Positions 11,173 through 19,967 of a stretch of 64,000 bases of DNA are shown in pieces. The position numbers and the translations under genes were made by a program. The notes below the pieces were generated by a model. The model was not told the DNA's origin, did not search any database, and saw only the letters and a program-made list of their open reading frames with translations. Numbering within the stretch: position 1 is the stretch's first letter; the number at the start of each line of letters is the position of its first letter. This stretch comes from OCS116 cluster bacterium AG-435-F03 (GTDB taxonomy: Bacteria > Pseudomonadota > Alphaproteobacteria > MED-G09): assembly GCA_003212795.1 (NCBI GenBank), contig QCOV01000001.1, positions 27,321 to 91,320 of the forward strand. The letters are read 5' to 3'.

Positions 11173-12471
11173 TTAAGAATCTTTTATTCTTATTCTTATA
11201 GAATTTGCATGTGCATCCAGACCCTCGCAATCTGCCAATAACATTGCTGAGGGGCCAAGAGTATTTATAGTTTTTTTACTACTTGAGATAGTTGATTGAC
11301 GTCTTAAGAAATTATAAACAGACAAGCCTGATTGCCTTCTAGCCATCCCATTTGTTGGTAGAATGTGGCTTGGACCAATAATATAATCACCCATAGATTC
11401 TGGAGTCCATTCATCAGAAAATATAACACCAGCATTTGTAATTTTATTTTCTATTTGATCATTTTCTTTACATAATATTGATAAATGTTCAGGAGCTATA
11501 TTATTAATAATCTCAATTGCATCCTTAATATTCGATACAAGAATACCATAACCATTTTCAGCGATACTTTTTTTAACTATGTCTTTTCTCTCGAGATTTT
11601 CTGTTTGATTAACTAATTCAATATTAACATCTTCTAATAAACCTTCACTATCAGTTACTAAAATCGCCTGAGCAGAAATATCGTGTTCTGCTTGAGATAA
11701 AAGATCAGCCGCAACCCAGTCAGCTCTATTATTTTCATCTGCTAAAATTAATATTTCGCTAGGCCCTGCTAACATATCAATATTTATATTTGAAAGAGCC
11801 TGTTTTTTTGCTTCGGCAACCCATTTATTTCCAGGTCCAATAATTATATCTACACTGTCAACAGATTCAGTTCCCCATGTAAATGCAGCTATTGCCTGAG
11901 CACCTCCAATTTTGTATATTTTTTCAATTCCACATAAATCCAAGGTAGCCAAAACAAGAGGATCTATTTGATTATTTGGACAAGGAACTGTCGCAGATAT
12001 TTGTTTAATTCCAGCAACTTGCGCCGGAATTACTCCCATTAATACTGAGCTTGGATATGAAGCAGTACCACCGGGGATATAAATTCCAGCACTATCTAGT
12101 GGTATCCATTTAGTCTTTATACTTACTTCTTCTTGATCCTCATATATTGAATCTTCAGGTAATTGATGTTTATGAAATGCCTCAATACGATTTTTAGCAA
12201 GTTTGATTGCTTCGATACTTTCTTGTGTGCAATTTTTTTTTGCTGATAAAATATCTTCCTCACTATAGCAAATATTCTCCGCAGTACATTCTACATTGTC
12301 ATACTTAGACATATATTTAAAAAGGCCTATATCGCCATTATTTTTTATATCCAGAATTATATCGTTAACTTGATGAGCTATATCTTCATCAAAGTTTTTT
12401 CTAGAGTTTATAATCTCATTAATACGGATATGAAAATTTTCGTCTTTATATCTTAATAAATTTAACATCAT
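11173..12471 (-). CDS. hisD: histidinol dehydrogenase
   Basis: Motifs 'IGGAQAIAAFTWGTESV', 'IIGPGNKWVAEAKK' and 'DxxAQAEH'-like 'SQAEHD'. 432 aa. Confidence 0.95.
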   Translation of the reverse strand: MMLNLLRYKDENFHIRINEIINSRKNFDEDIAHQVNDIILDIKNNGDIGLFKYMSKYDNVECTAENICYSEEDILSAKKNCTQESIEAIKLAKNRIEAFHKHQLPEDSIYEDQEEVSIKTKWIPLDSAGIYIPGGTASYPSSVLMGVIPAQVAGIKQISATVPCPNNQIDPLVLATLDLCGIEKIYKIGGAQAIAAFTWGTESVDSVDIIIGPGNKWVAEAKKQALSNINIDMLAGPSEILILADENNRADWVAADLLSQAEHDISAQAILVTDSEGLLEDVNIELVNQTENLERKDIVKKSIAENGYGILVSNIKDAIEIINNIAPEHLSILCKENDQIENKITNAGVIFSDEWTPESMGDYIIGPSHILPTNGMARRQSGLSVYNFLRRQSTISSSKKTINTLGPSAMLLADCEGLDAHANSIRIRIKDS

Positions 12472-12890
12472 TCATTATCATGATTAGGTTTTTTAGCAGT
12501 TAACCATGGCTCTCCAATATCTGTGAGAAATACTTCTATATTCTCTACCGATAAATTAATAGCTTTATTTCCAGAAAATTCTAAAGTTATTGATCCACTT
12601 GGTTTTTTTATTTCATCAAATTTAATTGCTAATAAAACAAGCGTTTCATCTTTATCATCTTTATTAATATTTTTTGTTTTTAAGTTTTCAACATAATCAA
12701 AATGAATAGCAGTTCTTATTCTTTGTTTATCTATTGCTTCGTGACAAAATCTATTCATTAAAATAGCAAATCTTTTAGATTTTTCATCGTAATCGTATTC
12801 ATTTTCTTTGATTATTGAATCCTGACATAATGAAGAAATAATAGTCAGCCCATCTTCATCAAAAGCTTTTAATTTTAATTCTTCACTCAT
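12468..12890 (-). CDS. conserved hypothetical protein (DUF2948-like) between murA and hisD
   Basis: 140 aa. Its start overlaps the murA stop and its stop overlaps the hisD start. Family assignment is tentative, from synteny memory. Confidence 0.45.
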   Translation of the reverse strand: MSEELKLKAFDEDGLTIISSLCQDSIIKENEYDYDEKSKRFAILMNRFCHEAIDKQRIRTAIHFDYVENLKTKNINKDDKDETLVLLAIKFDEIKKPSGSITLEFSGNKAINLSVENIEVFLTDIGEPWLTAKKPNHDNE

Positions 12891-14149
12891 TATTCGCTAA
12901 TCCTCTTTATTGATGCTCCACAATTATTTAATTTACATTCTAAATTATAGAATCCTCTATCTAAATGGTAAATCCTACTAATTGTAGTTTTACCTATTGC
13001 AACTAGTCCTGCTATTATTAGTGAAGCTGAAGCTCTTAAATCTGTTGCCATAACATTTGCTCCATTTAGACTTCTAGTACCTCTTATAAGTGCCTTATCT
13101 TTATCTAATTTAATATTAGCGCCCATTCTTACAAGCTCTTGTACATGCATAAATCTATTTTCGAAAATATTTTCTTTAATTTCTGATTGACCATTTGATA
13201 TTGCCATAAGTGTCATAATTTGCGCCTGTAAATCAGTTGGAAATCCAGGATATGGACTAGTCTTGATATTTACTGGATAAATTTCATCATTTGTTTTTTC
13301 AATATTAATTGAATTTTTTGATTTGTTAATTTTTGATCCAGTTTTTTCTAATATTTTGAATAATGTTTTATTTTCATCATAATTCGTATTTTCTAATTTG
13401 ATCCTCCCTCCAGTTGCAGAGACCGCTATTGCAAAAGTTCCAGCTTCAATTCTGTCTGAAGGTACTATTTCATTAATTCCGTTTAACTTTTCAACACCCT
13501 CAATGATTATTTTCTTTGACCCTAGTCCTCTAATTTTAGCGCCCATTTTATTTAATAGCATTCCAAGCTGAACTACCTCAGGTTCGCAAGCTGCATTAGA
13601 TAGTTTTGATGTACCATTTGCTAAGCACGCAAGCATAAGAAAAAAATGAGTACAACCAACAGACTTTTTTTCTAATTTGAAGTTTAGACCTCTAATGGGA
13701 GATTCTGCTTTTGCTACTATATAGCCATTATTTATTGAATATTTGATATTCATTTCTTTAAGCATTTCTAAATAAATATCTATTGGCCTTGTTCCAATTG
13801 CGCAACCTCCAGGCAAAGAAACTTCTGCATATCCTTTCTTTGCTAAAAGAGGAGCAAGAACCCAAAAACTAGCCCTCATTTTTTTTACTAAATCATATGA
13901 TGCCTTATGATTAATTATTTCTTTTGTGTGAAGATGAAGATTATCTTTTTTATACTCAATATTAGTACCTAAAGATTTTAGAATAGATATTAGTGTCTTC
14001 ACATCTGACAACATAGGTATGTTATTTAAAGTCATTTTTTCGTCTGTCATTAGTGATGCTATCATCATTGGCAGGCAGGCATTTTTAGATCCAGAAATAG
14101 GAATATTACCTATTAGTTTTTTTCCGCCATTTATAATTAGTGAGTCCAT
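12890..14149 (-). CDS. murA: UDP-N-acetylglucosamine 1-carboxyvinyltransferase
   Basis: N-terminal 'LIINGGKKLIGNIPISGSKNACLPMMIASLM'. 419 aa EPT-fold enzyme. Confidence 0.95.
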   Translation of the reverse strand: MDSLIINGGKKLIGNIPISGSKNACLPMMIASLMTDEKMTLNNIPMLSDVKTLISILKSLGTNIEYKKDNLHLHTKEIINHKASYDLVKKMRASFWVLAPLLAKKGYAEVSLPGGCAIGTRPIDIYLEMLKEMNIKYSINNGYIVAKAESPIRGLNFKLEKKSVGCTHFFLMLACLANGTSKLSNAACEPEVVQLGMLLNKMGAKIRGLGSKKIIIEGVEKLNGINEIVPSDRIEAGTFAIAVSATGGRIKLENTNYDENKTLFKILEKTGSKINKSKNSINIEKTNDEIYPVNIKTSPYPGFPTDLQAQIMTLMAISNGQSEIKENIFENRFMHVQELVRMGANIKLDKDKALIRGTRSLNGANVMATDLRASASLIIAGLVAIGKTTISRIYHLDRGFYNLECKLNNCGASIKRISE

Positions 14150-14340
14150 TTATTTTTTATCAATTAATTTATTTTTCTTAATTTGTTGCTTTCTTCTTTT
14201 TAGGTTTTTCCTTAAGGCATCATTTAATTTTTCTTTTCGTTCTAAGGATTTATTTTTCATTAATTATTCTCTATAAGTTTAATTTCTTAATATATAAGAG
14301 ATATTATATTAAAAAATTATAATTAATAATGTTTCATTTT

Positions 14341-14415
<75 letters not shown>

Positions 14416-14796
14416 GACATAATTTATTAAATAAAAATCAATAAATACAACTATTTATGAGGTATTATTTTTAAATTGAATTTTTAGTGGTGATTCGTAT
14501 TATACCATTATAAATTTTATGTATTCTTTATAATATTATTACAATATTTTCCAAATAATTTAGAAAAGTTAAAAAAATACCACATTTGGTATTATATTTA
14601 TATAAAGCCACAAAATTTCTATTCACATGAGTTAAACGGCTATTTTCTGCTATTTCTGAGAATTAATAATCAAAATATGGCAAAATTTTGTCAAAAATAT
14701 GATTGTTTAGTTGACAATATTGGTAGAAAAATATGGAATCATACACAAGTGAAGATTCGGAGGGATCCCACTAATTAATGCAAAAGGAGGATTAAC

Positions 14797-15018
14797 ATGC
14801 TTAATTCAGCTAAAAACTTTTTACGTGAAGTTGTTCAACTAGGACTTTTATTAATTGCTGTAGCAGTTGTGCTACAAGTGATTTTCGGTAGTGCTGTACC
14901 TTTCGTAGGTGGAGATATCGTTGGTAACCTTACTGGTATTATTACTAGTTTAGGTGACGGAGGACTTGTTGGATTAATTTCTGTAGGAATTATCCTATAT
15001 CTTCTTGATCGTGCGTAA
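14797..15018 (+). CDS. orphan small hydrophobic Gly-rich protein (73 aa); predicted membrane or secreted; unknown family
   Basis: Consensus SD AAGGAGG sits 6 nt before the ATG. Codon choices (CGT Arg, GGT Gly, CTT Leu) differ from the genome norm and point to high expression. A canonical intrinsic terminator follows. It sits alone in a 380-bp AT-rich spacer. Confidence 0.65.
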   Translation: MLNSAKNFLREVVQLGLLLIAVAVVLQVIFGSAVPFVGGDIVGNLTGIITSLGDGGLVGLISVGIILYLLDRA

Positions 15019-15041
15019 TTAATTACCACATCAATTAAATT

Positions 15042-15078
15042 AAAGGGAGACATTGAAAAATGTCTCCCTTTTTTTGTT
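15042..15078 (+). terminator. rho-independent terminator after the small ORF
   Basis: Hairpin GGGAGACA-ttgaaaaa-TGTCTCCC followed by TTTTTTTG. Confidence 0.85.
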
Positions 15079-15114
15079 TTTAGTGTAATGTTCTTGTAAT
15101 CAGTGGAGATTAAA

Positions 15115-15507
15115 ATGTCAGGATCAGGTAGTTGTTTATGTGGAAGTGTTAATTTAGAATATAGCTCAGAACCAAACTTTTTTCTATTATGCCATTGTAC
15201 GGATTGTCAAAAAGCTACAGGTAGCCCTGTTGCATCTATCATTGGCATTCCGGAGGATGATTTTATAATTAAAGGTGAAACGAATAGTTATAAATGTGAA
15301 GCCGGTGTAACAAGATCTTTTTGTATAAATTGTGGTTCACAAATCTTTAGCACTGCAGAAGGTGCGCCTGGTTTAATGTTAATTAAAACCGGAGTCCTTG
15401 ATGAACAACCAAATATTGATCCAACTATGGTTTGTTGGACAGATAGCAAACCCAATTGGCTTGAAATTAAACATCCAGATATAAAGTTTGAAAAAAATCC
15501 AGGTTAA
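15115..15507 (+). CDS. GFA-family (glutathione-dependent formaldehyde-activating / CENP-V-like) zinc protein
   Basis: Cys pattern 'CLCGSV...CHCTDCQKATG...CINCGSQIF'. ATG at 15115 with GGAG 6 nt upstream is preferred over the GTG at 15103. Confidence 0.8.
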   Translation: MSGSGSCLCGSVNLEYSSEPNFFLLCHCTDCQKATGSPVASIIGIPEDDFIIKGETNSYKCEAGVTRSFCINCGSQIFSTAEGAPGLMLIKTGVLDEQPNIDPTMVCWTDSKPNWLEIKHPDIKFEKNPG

Positions 15508-15537
15508 TATTCCTAATTCTATAAATTTTAACAATTA

Positions 15538-16875
15538 ATGATAAATAAACTTACTAAACCAATACTTATTTCTTATGGAGCTTTAGCTGTTCCTCTTGCT
15601 GCCTTAGGTTTGCCACTTACAGTCTATCTTCCTCCATTTTATGAAGGACCGATTGGTTTGAGTGTTGGCACAGTTGGCATTATTTTTATGGTTGCTCGAT
15701 TTTGGGATATTTTTACAGATCCTTTAATGGGCGCCTTAGTTGATAGATATCCTAGTAAATGGGGCAGGAGAAAGCATTGGATAGTTATTGGTATACCAAT
15801 TTTAATGTTGGCTTCTTGGTATGTGTTTATCCCGTCTGAAGGTGAAAAAACCGCTATTTATCTAGCGTTTTGGTTATTTATTTTATATTTAGCATACACT
15901 TTTGTTGGCCTTACGCAACAAGCCTGGGGAGTAGACTTAACCTCAAAATACAATGAAAGATCACAGGTTTATGGCTGGAGAGAAATAGGCTCTATTTTTG
16001 GAATGATGGCTGTATTAGCTTTTCCAGCTATTCTAGAAATATTAGATTATGATTTTAGGACAATGATTGCTGGGATGGGTTATTTTCTCTTAGTTACTTT
16101 TCCTCTAACCGCTCTAATAAGTCTTGTTATTATTCCAGACAACAAAGGTTCCAAAGGAACTTATTTCCCCAAAATTTTTGATATAAAAAAAATTATACAA
16201 AATAACAGCCCATTAAAAAGAGTTTTAATGGCAGAAATGCTATGTAGCACTGCTTCATCAATATCTGGTTCTACATTTATTTATCTTGCAATACATGTTT
16301 TTGAAATGGGAGATATTTCAAGTAGAATTTTATTTGTTTATTTCTTTGCTGGTTTATTAGCTATGCCGCTATGGATGTTTCTTTCATATAAAATTGGTAA
16401 ACATAAAGTATTATTTATTTCCGCCTTATTATGTTCAGTAATCTTATCCACATATATTCCTCTTTATTACCTAATTGATATATCCGAAGCGTTTTGGTTA
16501 GTTATGTTTTTAACGACATTATTTGGAGTTGGATATGGTGCGCCATTTACACTGACTAGAGCAATGATGGCTGATATTGTTGATGCAGATGAACTTAGAA
16601 GTGGTGAAAAAAGACCTGCATTATTTTTTGCAGTTTTAACAACATTATCAAAATTTGGAAGTGCTTTAGCAGTTGGTATGGTTTATCTTTATCTTGAATC
16701 AACAGGCTTTGGCTCTGGAAAAGAAGTTACAGAATCTATTAGAGAGTCTTTGGTATTTGCTTTTGCGTTTTTTCCAATGTTATTTTATTTTTTGGCTTCA
16801 TTGATTTGTATAGGTTACGAATTAACACCTGAGAAACATAAAGATATTCAATTAGAGCTAGAAAAAAGAAACTAA
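15538..16875 (+). CDS. GPH/MFS_2-family cation:solute symporter
   Basis: 12-TM topology. N-terminal 'ISYGALAVPLAALGLPLTVYLPPFY...FTDPLMGALVDRYPSKWGRRK' is typical of the glycoside-pentoside-hexuronide:cation symporter family. Confidence 0.85.
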   Translation: MINKLTKPILISYGALAVPLAALGLPLTVYLPPFYEGPIGLSVGTVGIIFMVARFWDIFTDPLMGALVDRYPSKWGRRKHWIVIGIPILMLASWYVFIPSEGEKTAIYLAFWLFILYLAYTFVGLTQQAWGVDLTSKYNERSQVYGWREIGSIFGMMAVLAFPAILEILDYDFRTMIAGMGYFLLVTFPLTALISLVIIPDNKGSKGTYFPKIFDIKKIIQNNSPLKRVLMAEMLCSTASSISGSTFIYLAIHVFEMGDISSRILFVYFFAGLLAMPLWMFLSYKIGKHKVLFISALLCSVILSTYIPLYYLIDISEAFWLVMFLTTLFGVGYGAPFTLTRAMMADIVDADELRSGEKRPALFFAVLTTLSKFGSALAVGMVYLYLESTGFGSGKEVTESIRESLVFAFAFFPMLFYFLASLICIGYELTPEKHKDIQLELEKRN

Positions 16876-16923
16876 TTAATATTTAATTATAATTTAGATA
16901 GACCATGATTTGGGAGGATTAAG

Positions 16924-18114
16924 ATGGGACCATTAGAAGGAATAAAAATAATAGATATATCAACAATTGTTTCAGGCCCTTTAGCAGCTTCGATGCTTGG
17001 TGATCAGGGCGCTGAGGTTATTAAAATTGAACCTCCATTTAGAGGAGAAAACGCAAGAGTAATGGGTCCTATAAAAGAAGGAAGCGGCGCTTTATTTGCA
17101 GCAGTTAATAGATCGAAACGAAGTTTAGCTATGGATTTAAAGCAAGAAGAGTCAAAAAAAATAATCTACAAACTAATTGAAACTGCCGATGTTATTATTG
17201 ATAATTTTCGTCCCGGAGCATTAGAGAGGTTAGGATTGGATTATGATAACATAAAAAAACATAACCCAAAAATCATTCAGATGTCCATTACAGGATATGG
17301 AGAAACTGGACCTTATTCAAAAAGAAGAGTTTATGACCCACTTATTCAGGCTACTGCCGGAGTTTGTGATGCTCAATCAATTGAAGGTCAACCTAAATAC
17401 ATGAAAACTCTTATGTGCGATAAGATAACTTCACTTACTGCCGCTCAAGCTATGACAGCGGCACTATACAAAAGAGAGAAAACGAATAAGGGGCAAAGAG
17501 TAACATTATCCATGCTCGATACGGCTCTTTATTTTATGTGGTCTGATTCTATGTATAATTATTCCTGGCATGGTGATGATTGGGCCCCAATGCCTAATAT
17601 TGCTGATTTTTACGAACCAGTTAAAACAAAAGATGGTTTTATTGCTTTAGTGGCTATTAATGATAGTGAATTTGCCGGCGTGCTAAAGGCAATTGGAAAA
17701 GAAGACCTTCTAGAGGACGAGAGATTTTCAACGACAGAGAATAGGCTGATGAATGTTATGGAAATGCAAGAAATATTGCTAAATGCTTATTTAGACTTTA
17801 CTTCAGATGAGCTCGTTAAGAAGATGGAAGAAAATGATGTTCCTGCGGCTAAAATTAATAAAAGAGAAGAAATATTTTCAGATCCACAAGTTATAAATAA
17901 TCAAACTGTAATTAACACAAAGAAAGATGGTGAAGATCTTTTAAAAGGACCAAAACCACCTGCTAACTTTCTTGACAATCATTGCGAAGAACCAAAATTT
18001 ATGCCAGCTCTTGGCCAGCACTCATCAGAGATTTTGCAAGAATATGGATTTTCTAATGAGGAAATTAATAAATTAATTGATAGTCAAATTGTTCAAGGAG
18101 AAAAAATTGCCTAG
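16924..18114 (+). CDS. family III CoA-transferase (CaiB/BaiF family)
   Basis: N-terminal 'PLEGIKIIDISTIVSGPLAASMLGDQGAEVIKIEPP' is the hallmark of family III CoA-transferases. GGGAGG RBS upstream. Confidence 0.9.
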   Translation: MGPLEGIKIIDISTIVSGPLAASMLGDQGAEVIKIEPPFRGENARVMGPIKEGSGALFAAVNRSKRSLAMDLKQEESKKIIYKLIETADVIIDNFRPGALERLGLDYDNIKKHNPKIIQMSITGYGETGPYSKRRVYDPLIQATAGVCDAQSIEGQPKYMKTLMCDKITSLTAAQAMTAALYKREKTNKGQRVTLSMLDTALYFMWSDSMYNYSWHGDDWAPMPNIADFYEPVKTKDGFIALVAINDSEFAGVLKAIGKEDLLEDERFSTTENRLMNVMEMQEILLNAYLDFTSDELVKKMEENDVPAAKINKREEIFSDPQVINNQTVINTKKDGEDLLKGPKPPANFLDNHCEEPKFMPALGQHSSEILQEYGFSNEEINKLIDSQIVQGEKIA

Positions 18115-19033
18115 TTTAAGAAGTAAATTTTGGTCATTAATCATCAGCAGATTAATAATGAAGGCTGGTGAAATTAATGATACTAACGATATTAGAAGAG
18201 ATATGAGTGGCGATAAAATTTCCTTTTTAAGAGATAATTGGAAAAAGGAAGAATATATTGATTATATAGATGACTCTATAGGTAGCCTTGAGATACTAAA
18301 ATTGAATAATAAAAAAGTTATATCTAATAAAACACTTCTTTATCTTCATGGAGGTGGTTATGTCGCTTGTGGCCCTGAAACACATGGTGCACTTATTACT
18401 CAACTTTCATTAGTTATAAACTGTCATGTTGTCTTTCCTATATATAGACTTGCTCCTGAAAATCCTTTTCCAGCAGCTATTGAGGATGCATTGGCATCAT
18501 ATAAGAACTTATTAGAAGTTGGTATTAATCCTAATGAGATTTTTATTGCTGGCGATTCTGCTGGGGGAGGATTAACTCTAGCTCTCTTACAGAAGATTAA
18601 GTCAGAAGAATTACCTATGCCTTCATGTGCAATTGTTATTTCACCTTGGACGGATTTAACTTTAAGCGGTAATTCAATTCAGGAAAGAGGTCATAGAGAT
18701 CCAATGATTAAGCCCGGTCCTAATATGCAAGTAACAGTTAATGCTTATTGTGGCGATGAAGATCCAAGTAATCCATTAATTTCTCCATTGTTTGCAGAAT
18801 ATTTTGATATGCCTCCAATTCAAATCCAAGTAGCTTCTGAAGAAACAATTTATGATGATAGCTCTAGATTATATGAAAAATTAAAAGAACAAAATTCTGG
18901 GAAAGTAGAATTTATTGAATGGAAAGGCTTGTTCCATGTTTTTCAGGCGTTCTGTTCTGGTTGGCTTGCGATTCCTGAGGCAAAGAAATCAATAAAAGAA
19001 ATAGCAAAATTTACAGAAAAATATATTAATTGA
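18107..19033 (+). CDS. alpha/beta-hydrolase, HSL-family esterase/lipase
   Basis: Oxyanion 'HGGGY', nucleophile 'GDSAGG', and catalytic His near 'GLFHVF'. The ORF is open from 18077. I prefer the in-frame TTG at 18107, which is 6 nt after AGGAG. An ATG at 18158 is also possible. Confidence 0.85.
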   Translation: MPSLRSKFWSLIISRLIMKAGEINDTNDIRRDMSGDKISFLRDNWKKEEYIDYIDDSIGSLEILKLNNKKVISNKTLLYLHGGGYVACGPETHGALITQLSLVINCHVVFPIYRLAPENPFPAAIEDALASYKNLLEVGINPNEIFIAGDSAGGGLTLALLQKIKSEELPMPSCAIVISPWTDLTLSGNSIQERGHRDPMIKPGPNMQVTVNAYCGDEDPSNPLISPLFAEYFDMPPIQIQVASEETIYDDSSRLYEKLKEQNSGKVEFIEWKGLFHVFQAFCSGWLAIPEAKKSIKEIAKFTEKYIN

Positions 19034-19967
19034 CCACTTTCTTTATTGATTTACTAACATCTTCAATAGCTTTTTTAGTTATTTTAATATCGAGTGGCCA
19101 TGACATAAAACCATGTACAGCATTATTATATTCGATATGTTCAACATTATTTCCAGCTTCTTTAAGTTTTGAAACATAATCTCTTCCCTCATCCCTAAGG
19201 ATATCGCTGAGAATTGTTACTATGTAACAGGGTGGTAAATTAGATAGGTCTTCGGCTAAAATGGGTGACACACGCCAATCATTCCTTTCTTTATTTGAGG
19301 TAAGATAAAGTTCATAGAACCAGTTCATAAGATTACTTGATAAAATATATCCTTCAGCATTTTCTTTCCAGGACTTATAATCTTTTGATCCGTCTACTAC
19401 TGGATATAGAAGAATTTGATAGATAATATTTAAGCTGGTGTCTTCACGCGCCATTATTGCTAAAACTGCTGCAATATTACCTCCAGCACTATCTCCTGCA
19501 ACAATAATTTTTTTTGAATCAACAAATAATTCCTTACAATTATCACTTATGAATTTAGTCGCTGAATAACTATCTTCGAGGGGTACAGGAAATTTAAAGT
19601 CTGGAGATAATCTGTATTCAACAGAAAAAACACGACAACCTGAAGTATTAGCCAAATGTCTACATAATATATCATGACCATTCCTTGATCCAACTACCCA
19701 CCCACCTCCGTGAAAGTAAACTATTGCTGGTAGAACATCATCATAAGCAGCATCTTTGGGCAGATAATGATACATTGGTATTGGCCCAAAAGGCCCATCA
19801 GCTCCAATTTCTACAACACAACCTACATCAGGTATTTCATCTCCATCACCGGCAGTCCATGGAATCTGTCTCGCTTCATTTGGTGACATCTCTTCAATTT
19901 TAATGTTTAGTTCATTAACAATATCAAGCCTTTCTTGAACTTGTTTATCTAGTTTATATTTAGTCAT
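19026..19967 (-). CDS. alpha/beta-hydrolase, HSL-family esterase/lipase (paralog, convergent)
   Basis: 'HGGGW' and 'GDSAGGN' motifs. 313 aa. Confidence 0.85.
   Translation of the reverse strand: MTKYKLDKQVQERLDIVNELNIKIEEMSPNEARQIPWTAGDGDEIPDVGCVVEIGADGPFGPIPMYHYLPKDAAYDDVLPAIVYFHGGGWVVGSRNGHDILCRHLANTSGCRVFSVEYRLSPDFKFPVPLEDSYSATKFISDNCKELFVDSKKIIVAGDSAGGNIAAVLAIMAREDTSLNIIYQILLYPVVDGSKDYKSWKENAEGYILSSNLMNWFYELYLTSNKERNDWRVSPILAEDLSNLPPCYIVTILSDILRDEGRDYVSKLKEAGNNVEHIEYNNAVHGFMSWPLDIKITKKAIEDVSKSIKKVVN

Noticed and set aside
14600-14760. TTGACA ... TATGGAAT as a promoter for the small ORF
   Set aside because: The -35 hexamer is exact, but the only candidate -10 (TATGGA) matches consensus at just 3 of 6 positions. 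It is left as a possibility inside the spacer finding rather than called as a feature.
14835-15053. 72-aa minus-strand ORF antisense to the small hydrophobic gene
   Set aside because: It lies fully inside, and antisense to, a gene with strong RBS and terminator signals. It runs through the terminator hairpin and has no start context.
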